DNA of 64,000 bases from Candidatus Omnitrophota bacterium. Its GTDB lineage: Bacteria > Omnitrophota > Omnitrophia > Omnitrophales > Aquincolibacteriaceae. The stretch lies in the NCBI GenBank assembly GCA_043821445.1, contig JBDRCT010000049.1, forward strand, positions 3,872-67,871. The letters are read 5' to 3'. Positions 1 to 12,499 of the stretch are shown here, piece after piece; position 1 is the stretch's first letter, and each line of letters begins with the position of its first letter. Below the pieces are notes generated by a model, which was given only the letters and a program-made list of their open reading frames with translations, had not been told where the DNA came from and ran no database searches. A program made the position numbers and the translations under genes.

Positions 1-236
1 CTCGGGGCCATGGCCTGCTTGCACAAACCCTTGGACCTTGACCGCGTCAAATCGTTGATCCATACAGTTACGCAACGCAGTCATGCTCACGCGTCATGAG
101 GGTTCTTTTCTTTAAAAATTCAAGACTACGGGCCCCAAGCTTTCCTGATGTTTATTTTCTTTTAATGGGCGGTAGTCAGGACTGCCCCAATTTCAGCTTC
201 GCGGAAATTGATAAAAATTGGGACTGAGGTCTCTTT

Positions 237-1517
237 ATGTCCGACATTCGAGTCCGATTCGCTCCGTCCCCGACGGGAAACCTCCATATCGGCGGCGTCC
301 GCACCGCGCTTTTTAACTATCTCTATGCCCGCCAGCAGGGCGGAAAATTCCTGCTGCGCATCGAAGACACCGACCGTCAGCGCTCGACGCCCGAATTTGA
401 GCAGGAGATCCTGGAATCACTCCGGTGGCTCGGGCTTGATTGGGACGAAGAACTGGTCTATCAAAGCAAGCGGCTTGAACGGTACCGCGAGGTCGCGCAA
501 GAACTGGTCTCCAAAGGTCTTGCCTATGAATTCGAGGGAGCCATCAAGTTCAAGGTCCCCCAGACCGGGGTCAAGGTCTACGATATTGTCCGCGGGGAAG
601 TGACTTACGACTCCAAAGAATTCGATGACCTTGTCATTCTAAAATCCGACGGATATCCGGTGTTCCATCTCGCGGTGATCGTGGACGACCATGACATGGG
701 GATCACGCATGTGGTGCGCGGGGAAGACCATCTTCCGAACACGCCGCGGCATATTTTGCTCCAGCAGGCTTTGGGCTGGAAATCGCCGAAATACGCGCAC
801 CTCCCGCTCATTTTCGGATCGGACGGCACCCCCCTTTCCAAGCGGCACGGCGCGGTGGCAGTGACGGAGTACCGCAACAAAGGCTTCCTCCCGCAAGGAC
901 TTGTCAATTATTTGGCACTTCTCGGCTGGAATCCCGGGACGTCGCAGGAGATCTTTTCGCTTCCGGAGCTTGTGAAGCAATTTTCCCTCAAACGCGTGAT
1001 CAAATCGAACGCTCAATTCAATCCCGAAAAACTTCTTTGGGTGAACGGCCAGCACATCCGCGCAATTCCGGGCGAAGACTATGAAAAACAGATCACGGAA
1101 TTCTGGAAAGGCAAGATCGACCCTATTCCGGAAGAAAAATGGCGGAAACTCATCACGCTTTACCGGCCCCGGATTCAGACTTACGGAGAATTAAAGAACC
1201 AGGCGGCTTATTGTTTCGCTTCGCCCGAGTATAAGGACCCTCAGCTCATGGCGGAGATCAAAAGCAATGCGTCTGTGATGAAGCTTCTCAAGCAGTTAAG
1301 TGAGGTTCTCGAGGAGGTCGGCGATTTCGAGGATGTGCAAATCCTGGATCAAAAAACAAAACAAGTGGCCGAGGCCGCGGGCCTGAAACCCAAGGACATC
1401 ATCCACCCGTTGCGCTTCGTTCTCACAGGCGGGACTGCAAGTCCGGGGATTTTTGAACTCATGAATCTTCTCGGCAAAGACACCTGTCTCGTGCGTCTCC
1501 GGCGCTTTCTCTCCTAA
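237..1517 (+). CDS. gltX: glutamyl-tRNA synthetase
   Basis: N-terminal 'RFAPSPTGNLHIGGVRTALFNY' HIGH-motif region and overall class I GluRS architecture; 426 aa. Confidence 0.9.
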   Translation: MSDIRVRFAPSPTGNLHIGGVRTALFNYLYARQQGGKFLLRIEDTDRQRSTPEFEQEILESLRWLGLDWDEELVYQSKRLERYREVAQELVSKGLAYEFEGAIKFKVPQTGVKVYDIVRGEVTYDSKEFDDLVILKSDGYPVFHLAVIVDDHDMGITHVVRGEDHLPNTPRHILLQQALGWKSPKYAHLPLIFGSDGTPLSKRHGAVAVTEYRNKGFLPQGLVNYLALLGWNPGTSQEIFSLPELVKQFSLKRVIKSNAQFNPEKLLWVNGQHIRAIPGEDYEKQITEFWKGKIDPIPEEKWRKLITLYRPRIQTYGELKNQAAYCFASPEYKDPQLMAEIKSNASVMKLLKQLSEVLEEVGDFEDVQILDQKTKQVAEAAGLKPKDIIHPLRFVLTGGTASPGIFELMNLLGKDTCLVRLRRFLS

Positions 1518-1576
1518 AAAAGCGGATCTTTTGGTATAATTTTTTATAAAGGACGAGTAAAAAACAAACGATTCCC

Positions 1577-1978
1577 ATGCATAACAAAAAAATACTGATC
1601 GTTGAAGACGAAAAAGAGGTTGCCCAGTCGCTTGAGGATTTTCTCAGGGATGAGGGGTTTTCGGCTGTTGAACGCGCCGCGGATGGGATCCACGCGATCC
1701 GGCAGGCCCAAAAATTCATGCCGGATCTGATCCTTCTCGACCTTAAAATGCCTCGCGGGGACGGCATCACGGTCCTTAAAAAGTTAAGGCAGATCGCTTC
1801 GACGGCGAAAATCCCGATTATTGTGATTACGGGTGTTGCGGATGACACGATAAAAAAAAGGCTTTTGTCGTCAGGGGTGTGCGCGCACTTTCAGAAACCC
1901 TACAAACTCGAGCTGCTCGTGGCCGGGATTAAAAACGCTCTTGAGAGGAGAAGCAGCTCTGAAGAGGCCTGGGGCTAG
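1577..1978 (+). CDS. single-domain response regulator receiver (CheY-like)
   Basis: 133 aa; 'KILIVEDE...LILLDLKMP...GDGI' receiver-domain signature; no output domain. Confidence 0.75.
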   Translation: MHNKKILIVEDEKEVAQSLEDFLRDEGFSAVERAADGIHAIRQAQKFMPDLILLDLKMPRGDGITVLKKLRQIASTAKIPIIVITGVADDTIKKRLLSSGVCAHFQKPYKLELLVAGIKNALERRSSSEEAWG

Positions 1979-1987
1979 CGAGATCCT

Positions 1988-3676
1988 ATGGATCAGAACA
2001 TAAAACCCTCTAATTTTATACGCGACATCATTAACCAAGATATTGTCAAAGGTAGGAATGGCGGACGCGTGCACACGCGCTTTCCGCCCGAGCCGAATGG
2101 TTATCTTCATATCGGACATGCCAAGGCGATCTGCATCAGTTTCGGGATCGCCCGTGACTATCAGGGACTCTACAACCTCCGTTTTGACGACACGAACCCG
2201 GAGAAAGAAGAGGTCGAGTACGTCGATTCCATCCGCGAGGACGTCCACTGGCTTGGTTTCGATTGGGGGGACCGGGAGTATTACGCCTCGGACTATTTCG
2301 ATCAGCTTTATGAGCACGCGCTCACGCTCATCAAAAAAGGAAAGGCCTATGTCTGCGACCTGAGCCCGGAGGAACAGAGAAAATACCGGGGCACGCTGAC
2401 TGCGCCGGGCACCCACAGCCCTTTCCGCGACCGATCGCCGAAAGAGAATCTGGATCTGTTTGAGCGGATGAAGGCCGGGGAATTCGCGGACGGCTCGCGC
2501 GTTCTCAGGGCAAAGATCGATATGGCGTCGCCCAATATCACGATGCGTGATCCCACGATCTACCGGATCAAGAAAGCCTCGCATCACAGGACCAGGGATA
2601 AGTGGTGCATTTATCCCATGTACGACTTCACGCATTGCATCTCGGATTCCATCGAAGGGATCACGCATTCGCTTTGCACGCTTGAATTCGAGAACAACCG
2701 CCCGCTTTATGATTGGTTCCTGATCGAACTCGGCATCCACCGTCCGCAGCAGATCGAATTCGCGCGGCTCAATCTCACACACACGGTCCTGAGCAAACGC
2801 ATTCTTCTCAAACTTGTCCAGCAGAAAATGGTTTCCGGTTGGGATGACCCCCGGATGCCTACGATCTCCGGTTTCCGGCGTCGTGGTTATACGGCGTCCT
2901 CGATCAGGAATTTCTGCGATCAGATCGGTGTCGCCAAGTTCAACAGCATGATCGACAGGGTCGTTCTCGAAAATTCCATCAGGGAAGAACTTAACAAGAC
3001 CGCGCCTCGCGTCATGGCTGTGCTCGATCCCCTCAAGGTCGTGATCACCAATTATCCGGAAGGGAAGACCGAAGAGATGGAGGCCGTGAACAATCCCGAG
3101 GACCCGGCGGCCGGGTCAAGGAGGCTTCCGTTCTCCCGCGAGCTTTATATCGAAAGGGATGATTTTCGCGAAGACGCGCCCAAAAAGTTTTTCCGGCTCG
3201 TGCCGGGCGGGGAAGTGCGCTTACGTTACGGGTATTTCGTTAAATGCGAAAAGGTCATCAAAGACGCCTCCGGCAAGGTCACAGAACTTCACTGCACGTA
3301 CGACCCCGAGACGCGCGGAGGCAACAATCCTCCGGACGGGCGTAAAGTGAAAGGCACGATCCACTGGGTTTCCGCCAGGCATGTTTTTAAAAGCGAAGTC
3401 CGGCTTTATGATCATTTGTTCACCGCGAAAGATCCGGGCGACGTGCCGGAAGGCGGAGATATCCTGATGAATCTCAATCCCAGATCTCTCGAGACGGTTT
3501 CCGGGGCCCTTCTTGAGCCAAGCTTGAAGGACGCAAAACCCGGAGAGCGTTTCCAGTTCGAACGGCTCGGATATTTTTTCGTAGATCCCGTCGATTCCAA
3601 ACCCGGACAGCCGGTTTTCAACCGCACCGTCACCCTGCGGGACACCTGGGAGAAGATCAAGAAGGCGCAAAAATAG
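1988..3676 (+). CDS. glnS: glutaminyl-tRNA synthetase
   Basis: '[23 protein letters not shown]...NLRFDDTNP' class I GlnRS signature; 562 aa. Confidence 0.9.
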   Translation: MDQNIKPSNFIRDIINQDIVKGRNGGRVHTRFPPEPNGYLHIGHAKAICISFGIARDYQGLYNLRFDDTNPEKEEVEYVDSIREDVHWLGFDWGDREYYASDYFDQLYEHALTLIKKGKAYVCDLSPEEQRKYRGTLTAPGTHSPFRDRSPKENLDLFERMKAGEFADGSRVLRAKIDMASPNITMRDPTIYRIKKASHHRTRDKWCIYPMYDFTHCISDSIEGITHSLCTLEFENNRPLYDWFLIELGIHRPQQIEFARLNLTHTVLSKRILLKLVQQKMVSGWDDPRMPTISGFRRRGYTASSIRNFCDQIGVAKFNSMIDRVVLENSIREELNKTAPRVMAVLDPLKVVITNYPEGKTEEMEAVNNPEDPAAGSRRLPFSRELYIERDDFREDAPKKFFRLVPGGEVRLRYGYFVKCEKVIKDASGKVTELHCTYDPETRGGNNPPDGRKVKGTIHWVSARHVFKSEVRLYDHLFTAKDPGDVPEGGDILMNLNPRSLETVSGALLEPSLKDAKPGERFQFERLGYFFVDPVDSKPGQPVFNRTVTLRDTWEKIKKAQK

Positions 3677-3677
3677 C

Positions 3678-3752
3678 ACGCGCAACGGGCAACGCTCAAC
3701 GCACAACGGAAAGACCAGAACGTTGCGCTTTGCGCGTGGTACATTGCGCAGA
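3678..3752. repeat. REP-like palindromic element, copy A (GCGCAACGGGCAACGCTCAACGCACAACG ... CGTTGCGCTTTGCGCG)
   Basis: imperfect inverted repeat immediately after glnS stop; same family as copies at 57892, 59032, 59952 and an in-ORF copy at ~36880. Confidence 0.5.
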
Positions 3753-3756
3753 GATG

Positions 3757-3830
3757 TGGCTGGGGGACTAGGATTTGAACCTAGACTAGGTGATCCAGAG
3801 TCACCGGTGCTACCGTTACACCATCCCCCA
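3757..3830 (-). tRNA. tRNA-Gln (anticodon CTG)
   Basis: reverse complement reads TGGGGGATGGTGTAACGGTAGCACCGGTGACTCTGGATCACC...GGTTCAAATCC...CCCCCAGCCA; cloverleaf with anticodon loop CT-CTG-GA; encoded CCA. Confidence 0.8.
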
Positions 3831-4083
3831 ACGAAGAATATGCGATCAAAAGGCGGGAAAAAGCAGGGGAATTATAGCGGGTCTTCGCCATACCGACAAG
3901 AATTCTTCTTTTCATCAAGAATACTAAGGATGCAATTGCAACATATCCTCTTTATGAACGAAGCGATCTGGGAGGCGCGGAAGGGCCTGCGTGAAGGTAG
4001 CGCTGGCTCTCATAAAGATTTAGATGAAGGATTTATTGCCGCCAGGCCGAAGCTGTGGAACGGAGATATTGGAGAATGATCTG

Positions 4084-4446
4084 ATGTTGATCCGCCAGCT
4101 CAAGGATTGTCCTGAATCCATTGCGGGAGATGCTTGTCGTCTCCGGGAACTCCTCAATGCTAAAACGGACCATCGCGCTTATCGCTACAGTCTCGCGCAT
4201 GCCGTCGTGAAACCCGGTACAAAGACCAAGCCCCATTCACTTAAAATCTCAGAGGTTTATTATATCCTGGAAGGGCAGGGGCGCATGCATGTGGACCGCG
4301 AGACTGCGGAAGTGGGTCCCGGGGCTGTGATCGATATTCCCCCAAGGGCCGTTCAATGGATCGAAAATACCGGCCAAGAAGATCTTGCTTTTCTCTGCAT
4401 CGTAGATCCCGCTTGGTGCGCGGCAGATGAAGAAATATTGAAATAA
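4084..4446 (+). CDS. cupin-domain protein
   Basis: 'YYILEGQGRMHVD...GPGAVIDIPP...WIENTGQEDLAFLCI' cupin_2-like beta-barrel motifs; start chosen at internal Met. Confidence 0.5.
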   Translation: MLIRQLKDCPESIAGDACRLRELLNAKTDHRAYRYSLAHAVVKPGTKTKPHSLKISEVYYILEGQGRMHVDRETAEVGPGAVIDIPPRAVQWIENTGQEDLAFLCIVDPAWCAADEEILK

Positions 4447-4540
4447 GGAAGGTCTTCCAAAAAACAGTTTTTCAATCCCTGACCCTTCGGATATACTCAC
4501 TTTCAATAAAACACGCCGTCATCAAATCAAAGGTGTCGAT

Positions 4541-6785
<2,245 letters not shown>

Positions 6786-6915
6786 TCCAGCCTCAATTCT
6801 TATCCATCAAAGCAGAGCGGCACTCTTTTTAATCGTTATTTTTGTTACAATTAGTTTGCCAACGAAGCTGTTTGGTGCTAGAATTCGAATCGTTCACATT
6901 TTCACGAATAGTTGA

Positions 6916-7534
6916 CATGAAAAAGATTCCTCGAAGGACGATCACGCGAGTCTTGCTTTATATCCGGACCCTGGAAACTCTGACCAAGGAAAAACGCTTT
7001 TTGATTTCCTCTGGACAGCTAGCGGACATTACGGGGCTTTCGGCGGTTCAGATCCGAAAAGACATTTCGAATTTTAAGAGCGTCGGAAAGCCAAGGGTCG
7101 GCTACCGGACGGTCGAATTGAAGAAAACGCTCGAGAATTATTTGTTGCAGGACACCACGGTCCATGTGGTGTTGTTCGGGGTGGGGAACCTCGGCTCCGC
7201 GATCTTGAAATATCCGGGGTTTCATCAAGACCAGATCCGTCTGGTGGCCGCTTTTGATGTTTCGCGTCACAAGATCGGGAAAAAGATCGAGGGTGTGAAG
7301 GTATATCCGTTGGACCGGGCGCCTGAGATCATCAAGCGGGTGCATGGCGATATCGGGATCATCGCAGTCCCGGAAAAAGGCGCCCAGGAAGTGGCGGATC
7401 ACATGGTGATCTCGGGGCTGCAAAAGATCATTAATTTCGCGCCGTGTTCGGTCAGCGTACCGGCAAGGGTGCAGATCCGTAATATTGATTTTACGATCGA
7501 GTTCTTGTCGCTTTACTGTAACACTCAAAAATGA
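6916..7534 (+). CDS. rex: redox-sensing transcriptional repressor Rex
   Basis: 'TITRVLLYIRTLE...ISSGQLADITGLSAVQIRKDISNF' wHTH N-domain + 'VVLFGVGNLGSAI' Rossmann NADH-binding domain. Confidence 0.85.
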
Positions 7535-7536
7535 CC

Positions 7537-7548
7537 GTCAATTTTGAC
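7537..7548. promoter_or_regulatory. perfect 12-bp palindrome GTCAATTTTGAC between rex and HupE-like gene (candidate operator)
   Basis: seen directly; function unassigned. Confidence 0.2.
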
Positions 7549-7571
7549 AGGGCAAGTAGGGGGAATAGAAA

Positions 7572-8225
7572 GTGACTCACGAAAGCATGATTCTCGTAAC
7601 CGCTGCATTTTCCATGGGGATCCTACACGTTATTTTAGGTCCCGATCACTATGTGCCTTTTATTGTGATGGCCAAAGCACGGCGATGGTCCTGTTTTAAA
7701 ACGGCTGTGATTACGGCGCTATGCGGCGTCGGCCACGTCGGAAGTTCCGTGGTTTTAGGGATCCTGGGGATCCATCTAGGGATCTCCTTAAAAAAACTCG
7801 TGATGTTTGAATCCGTGCGCGGTGAATGGGCGGCATGGGGACTGATCGCTTTTGGGCTGGTTTACTTTATATACGGCTTGCGGCGGGTCCTGAAGGGCCG
7901 GTTTGAGGCGCATCATCCGGACCAACAAAAACTCACGCAGTGGGTCCCCTGGACACTTTTTGTGGTCTTTGTCTTGGGTCCGTGCGAACCGTTAATTCCG
8001 GTCTTTATGTTTCCTGCCATGCAGCATGATTTGATGACCACTGCTCTTGTGACGGGAGTTTTCAGCGGCATGACGCTCCTGACGATGCTGGGGATCGTTC
8101 TGGTGTCCGTCTTCGGAATGAATTTTTTGCCATCGGTATCCGGGCAGCTTGAGCGGTATGGCCACGCGTTCGCGGGGCTTGTCATCCTCCTCTGTGGTTT
8201 CGGGGTACGGTTTTTAGGATTGTAA
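7572..8225 (+). CDS. HupE/UreJ-family membrane protein (putative Ni2+/Co2+ transporter)
   Basis: 217 aa polytopic; N-terminal 'HVILGPDH' matches H-x4-D-H HupE/UreJ signature; located upstream of [NiFe] hydrogenase. Confidence 0.55.
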   Translation: MTHESMILVTAAFSMGILHVILGPDHYVPFIVMAKARRWSCFKTAVITALCGVGHVGSSVVLGILGIHLGISLKKLVMFESVRGEWAAWGLIAFGLVYFIYGLRRVLKGRFEAHHPDQQKLTQWVPWTLFVVFVLGPCEPLIPVFMFPAMQHDLMTTALVTGVFSGMTLLTMLGIVLVSVFGMNFLPSVSGQLERYGHAFAGLVILLCGFGVRFLGL

Positions 8226-8242
8226 AAAAGAAACAGAAGTAT

Positions 8243-9280
8243 GTGATGGAAAAAGCCATTTTTCTAAAAAAATCCAAGCTGGATGATTTCCTCGGGAAGC
8301 TTTCCGAAGGTTATCGGGTCTATGTTCCCGTCAAGAAGGATGAGCAGCGCTTCTTCAGGAAATATGCCGGTCCTGCCGCGGACATCGTCATCGGCGAAAT
8401 AAGGCCTTTTGAACCGCTCAAGGCCTTTTTCACACGTTGCCGCGAAAAGGTCGCGGACGGTTTCAAGCCGGATATTCCGCATGAGAATGACAAACCCTTC
8501 GCCATCATCGGCGTCAAGGCCTGTGATCTCAAGGGGTTCAAGATCCAGGACCATGTCTTCCGGGGCCCCGATTTTCCGGATGCGTTTTACATCAAGAACC
8601 GAGAGGAGAACTTTATCGTCAGCGCGGACTGCACCTGCGCGATCGAGACTTGTTTTTGCACCGCCATGGGGATCGGCCCCCATCCGACCGAAGATTTCGA
8701 CATCAACCTCTCCGTGATCGAGGCCGGTTTTTGGGCGGATCCCGGTTCCGAAAAAGGCAGGGAATTTATCCGGAAAAATCCGTCCCTGTTCGAGCCGGCG
8801 ACGGATACACAACTTCGTGAGAAAGAAGCGCAACGGGAAAAAATCTTTCACGAGGTGGAGGGTAATGTCAGCCGGAACGAAATTCCAAAACAGGATCATT
8901 TCCAAGGCATTATCGAGCGGAATTTCAACGCCGATCTTTGGGCGGACGAAGCGAAGACCTGTGTCGAATGCGGGGCCTGTACGGTCATTTGTCCGACATG
9001 TCACTGTTTTTTGCTTTATGATCAGAAGGACGGTGAAAAAATGGCGCGTCTGCGCACCTGGGATTCCTGCATGCTCAAGGGATATGCCCGGGTCGCGGGC
9101 GGCGGGAATCCACGCGATAAATTGTTCATGCGCCTCCGGAACCGTTTTGAAAAAAAATTTGATTTTTTCCCAAAGGCCATAAATATTTATGCCTGTACCG
9201 GATGCGGCCGTTGCGTGAGCGCGTGTCCGGCGACGATCGATATTCGCAAAGTCCTAAGAAGGCTCGTGGACCATGCATAA
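8243..9280 (+). CDS. AsrA/HydB-like iron-sulfur subunit of NAD(P)H input module
   Basis: 345 aa; cysteine motifs 'CTCAIETCFC', 'CVECGACTVICPTC', 'CTGCGRCVSACP'. Confidence 0.55.
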   Translation: MMEKAIFLKKSKLDDFLGKLSEGYRVYVPVKKDEQRFFRKYAGPAADIVIGEIRPFEPLKAFFTRCREKVADGFKPDIPHENDKPFAIIGVKACDLKGFKIQDHVFRGPDFPDAFYIKNREENFIVSADCTCAIETCFCTAMGIGPHPTEDFDINLSVIEAGFWADPGSEKGREFIRKNPSLFEPATDTQLREKEAQREKIFHEVEGNVSRNEIPKQDHFQGIIERNFNADLWADEAKTCVECGACTVICPTCHCFLLYDQKDGEKMARLRTWDSCMLKGYARVAGGGNPRDKLFMRLRNRFEKKFDFFPKAINIYACTGCGRCVSACPATIDIRKVLRRLVDHA

Positions 9281-10094
9281 CGAAAATATTTACCGCCCCA
9301 TTCGGGCCGACGTGCTCGATGTGATCACGGAAACGCCTACCATCAAAACGATCCGTTTTAAACCGGCGGAGCCTATCTCATTCAGGACGGGGCAATTTGT
9401 GGAGATCACGGTTCCGGGCGTCGGTGAGGCACCGTTTACACCGTCCTCCAAGCCTTCAATCAAGGATACGATGGAAGTGAGTGTGATGAGGGTCGGGAAG
9501 GTAACACAGAAGATCCACGAGCTCAAAAAAGGCGATGTGATCGGCGTGCGCGGTCCATTCGGGGCGGGTTATCCCGTGGATCAATTCAAAGGAAAAGACC
9601 TGTTGATTGTGGGGGGAGGATGCGGTTTTGCGCCGCTCCGCAGTCTCATGTATACCCTTTTTGAGATGAGCGGGGAATTCAAGAGGTTCTATTTTCGCGG
9701 CGGTTGCAAACTTCCGACTGAATTTCTTTACCGCAAGGAGATCGAAACCTGGCAAGAGCGGAAGGACTTGAACCTCCGGCTCACGGTCGATAGGGGTGAT
9801 GAATCCTGGAAAGGAAATGTCGGTGTTGTGACGACCATTCTGAACGATCTGGATATGGATTTCAAAACCGGTATTGCCGTAGTTTGCGGCCCGCCGATCA
9901 TGATGAAATTCGGGACCAAGAAACTTCTCGAACTAGGGTTCCGGGAAGAGAACATCTACCTTTCGATGGAAAAAAACATGTCCTGCGGCCTTGGGAAGTG
10001 CGGCCACTGCCGTCTCGGGACTTATTACGCTTGCAAGGACGGGCCGGTTTTTCCCTACGCCAAGATCAAAACATTTCACGAGATCTGGGACTGA
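9273..10094 (+). CDS. AsrB/HydG(gamma)-like FAD/NAD(P)-binding oxidoreductase with C-terminal 2Fe-2S
   Basis: 273 aa; 'RTGQFVEI' FAD motif, 'LLIVGGGCGFAPLRS' NAD motif, C-terminal 'CGLGKCGHCRLG...C'. Confidence 0.65.
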   Translation: MHNENIYRPIRADVLDVITETPTIKTIRFKPAEPISFRTGQFVEITVPGVGEAPFTPSSKPSIKDTMEVSVMRVGKVTQKIHELKKGDVIGVRGPFGAGYPVDQFKGKDLLIVGGGCGFAPLRSLMYTLFEMSGEFKRFYFRGGCKLPTEFLYRKEIETWQERKDLNLRLTVDRGDESWKGNVGVVTTILNDLDMDFKTGIAVVCGPPIMMKFGTKKLLELGFREENIYLSMEKNMSCGLGKCGHCRLGTYYACKDGPVFPYAKIKTFHEIWD

Positions 10095-10095
10095 T

Positions 10096-10662
10096 ATGGA
10101 TAAGAGCGCGGAACAATTGCACCAGGGGAAAATAAATATGAGCCCGCAGAAGGGTCCGGACCAGCGGCTTTTCATCGATCTGGACGTTTGTTCGGCGGGG
10201 CAGTGCAAGGACTGCGTGATCCAGTGCAGTTATTATTATCACCGGTCAGGAGTGGGGAATAACGGGATCATCGGCTGTGCGGAGCTTGCGACTTATGTGC
10301 TTGTCTGCCGCCGGTGCGAAATGCCGCATTGTGTGAATGCATGTCCTTATGAAGCGTTGGAGCAGCAAAAGGAAAAAGGGAAACTGCTGATCCGGCACAG
10401 CATACGCTGCGTTGCCTGCAAATCCTGTTCGCACGCGTGCCCCTACGGAGCAATCTATCCGGAGAACCTCCCGCCATTGATCCACAACTGTGATTTTTGT
10501 CTGGACCGGAGGGACGACGCGAACGAACCGTTGTGCGTTAAGACCTGTTCTCACGGTGCTTTAAGTCTCAAAAGTGGGAACATACCGCTGGATGAGAAAA
10601 CTTTTTTGGTAGGGGACAATCTGATCGTCCATTCGACGCATTGGAAGTGGGAAAAAGCATGA
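10096..10662 (+). CDS. 2x[4Fe-4S] ferredoxin-like electron-transfer subunit (HycB-like)
   Basis: 'CRRCEMPHCVNACP', 'CVACKSCSHACP', 'CDFCLDRR' motifs. Confidence 0.6.
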   Translation: MDKSAEQLHQGKINMSPQKGPDQRLFIDLDVCSAGQCKDCVIQCSYYYHRSGVGNNGIIGCAELATYVLVCRRCEMPHCVNACPYEALEQQKEKGKLLIRHSIRCVACKSCSHACPYGAIYPENLPPLIHNCDFCLDRRDDANEPLCVKTCSHGALSLKSGNIPLDEKTFLVGDNLIVHSTHWKWEKA

Positions 10663-11582
10663 TGTATCTATTCTATTTCATCATGTTCGGATTTCTGGCA
10701 ACAGCCACGCTGGGTTTAGCAGCCAGCTGGATCGACCGTAAGGTTACCGCCCGGGTGCAATACCGCGTGGGACCGCCGCTTTTTCAGCCCCTGATTGACA
10801 TCGTGAAACTTTTAGGGAAAGAAACGCTTGTTCCGGCAGGGGCATCGCGAGTCGCTTTTTTTGCAGCGCCGGTTGTGGGACTCGCGAGCGTAATGCTTGC
10901 CTCGACTTTGCTTTGGATGAATGACATAAACTGGACCCGGACGTTCATCGGAGATCTGATCGTGGTGCTCTATTTATTGATGATCCCTTCGATCAGCATC
11001 ATGATGGGAGGGTTTGCGTCAAGGAATCCTCTGGCGAGCCTGGGTGCCTCCCGCGAAATGAAATTGATTTTAAGTTACGAACTTCCTTTTCTGCTTGCCG
11101 TGCTCGTCCCGGTCATTAAGTCCGGTTTTTCGATCCGGCTCGGAGATATGATGATCGCGCAGGCACAGGACGGGATCTTCGCGGCAAGCTGGTCGGGTGC
11201 CCTGGCGTTTGTGGTGTGCGTCCTTTGTGCGCAAGCGAAGCTCGGTCTTGTTCCTTTTGACATCGCGGAGGCTGAAACGGAGATCATGAGCGGGCCCTTG
11301 ATCGAATATTCCGGTTCAGGGCTTGCCATTTACCGCTTGATGAAAAACATGCTTTTATTCGTCCTCCCGTTCTTTCTGATGATCCTTTTCATGGGAGGGG
11401 CGCGGTGGGACGGGATCCATTTATTGTATGGGATCTTGAAATATGTCGGTTTGGTCGCGCTGATCACGGTGATCCGGAACACGAATCCCCGCGTCAGAAT
11501 CGATCAGGCCATCCGGTTTTTTTGGAGGCCGGTGACGGTCATGGCCATTATGGCCGTTGTGTTGGCAGTGGGGGGGTTGTAA
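10641..11582 (+). CDS. group 4 hydrogenase membrane subunit (NuoH/HycD/MbhM-like)
   Basis: 313 aa polytopic protein with NuoH-like architecture directly upstream of NuoB/C/D-like subunits. Confidence 0.65.
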   Translation: MEVGKSMMYLFYFIMFGFLATATLGLAASWIDRKVTARVQYRVGPPLFQPLIDIVKLLGKETLVPAGASRVAFFAAPVVGLASVMLASTLLWMNDINWTRTFIGDLIVVLYLLMIPSISIMMGGFASRNPLASLGASREMKLILSYELPFLLAVLVPVIKSGFSIRLGDMMIAQAQDGIFAASWSGALAFVVCVLCAQAKLGLVPFDIAEAETEIMSGPLIEYSGSGLAIYRLMKNMLLFVLPFFLMILFMGGARWDGIHLLYGILKYVGLVALITVIRNTNPRVRIDQAIRFFWRPVTVMAIMAVVLAVGGL

Positions 11583-11583
11583 G

Positions 11584-12027
11584 ATGAGCATAAAATTAAA
11601 GGCGTTACTCAGCGCGCCTTGGGTCTTCCACATGTCGACTGGCAGCTGCAACAACTGTGATATCGAGATCCTGGACTGCCTGACGCCTCGATTCGACGTA
11701 GAACGGTTCGGCATGCTGCTTGCGGGTAGTATCAAGCATGCCGATGTCCTGCTTGTAACGGGATCAATGAATCGGAAATGCATTTCAAGGGTCAAGCGGG
11801 TCTATGAGCAAATGCCGAAGCCCTGTCTTGTGGTCGCGATCGGCGAATGCTCGCTTTCACGGGGCATGTTCATCCACAGCTACAACTGTCCTGTGCCGGT
11901 CGATAAGATCATTCCGGTGGATGTTTACATTCCCGGATGCCCGCCGAAACCGGAAGCGATCATTGCGGGTGTGGTCAAACTGATCGGAAAAGTAAAAAGC
12001 GGAATAGGAAAGAAGAAAAAGAAATGA
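11584..12027 (+). CDS. [NiFe] hydrogenase small subunit (NuoB/MbhJ-like)
   Basis: 'CNNCDIE...GSMNRKC...GECS...IPGCPPKPEAI' four-Cys proximal-cluster pattern typical of group 4 small subunits. Confidence 0.8.
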   Translation: MSIKLKALLSAPWVFHMSTGSCNNCDIEILDCLTPRFDVERFGMLLAGSIKHADVLLVTGSMNRKCISRVKRVYEQMPKPCLVVAIGECSLSRGMFIHSYNCPVPVDKIIPVDVYIPGCPPKPEAIIAGVVKLIGKVKSGIGKKKKK

Positions 12028-12497
12028 CGCGCGAAGAAATTTTGAAGGACCTGAAAGAGGAGTTTAAAGGGGATATCGTCGACATTTTCGAGAAATCACC
12101 CAAGCGGGTCTATGTCGAGATCCGGCCCGGGGCGCTCGTGAAGATCGCGACCCATATCTTCAAAGGTCTGAAAGCAAGATTCAATATCGCAACAGGGACC
12201 GACCTGCGCCACTCCATGGAAATTCTTTATCACTTTACCCTTGATGACATCAACTTGGTGGTCTCCCTCAGGGTGAAATTGACGAAGCCGGATTTGGAGG
12301 TCGATTCCCTGACGCCGGTCTTCAAAGGGGCTGATTGGATCGAACGGGAGATCCATGAACTTTTGGGGATCCGTTTCAAAAATCACCCCAATTTAAAAAG
12401 ACTCCTATTGTCCGAAGAATGGCCCGAGGGTGTTTATCCTTTAAGGCAGGATTATAAAGAGTGGGATAAAAAAGCCATTCGGGACCGGGGAGTTTAG
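12024..12497 (+). CDS. hydrogenase NuoC-like (30 kDa) subunit (MbhK-like)
   Basis: size/position and NuoC-like sequence; ATG inside upstream stop region. Confidence 0.65.
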   Translation: MTREEILKDLKEEFKGDIVDIFEKSPKRVYVEIRPGALVKIATHIFKGLKARFNIATGTDLRHSMEILYHFTLDDINLVVSLRVKLTKPDLEVDSLTPVFKGADWIEREIHELLGIRFKNHPNLKRLLLSEEWPEGVYPLRQDYKEWDKKAIRDRGV

Positions 12498-12499
12498 AC

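Noticed and set aside
208-603. 131-aa ORF in alternate frame over gltX start
   Set aside because: Out-of-frame overlap with the GluRS HIGH region; Ser/Arg-rich shadow frame.
3723-4079. 118-aa ORF overlapping tRNA-Gln
   Set aside because: It overlaps a well-formed tRNA and has no protein-like composition.
6842-6915. Longer Rex start at 6842 from the ORF track
   Set aside because: Rex homologs begin near 'MKKIPRRTITR'; the upstream extension has no RBS and would add a non-conserved leader.
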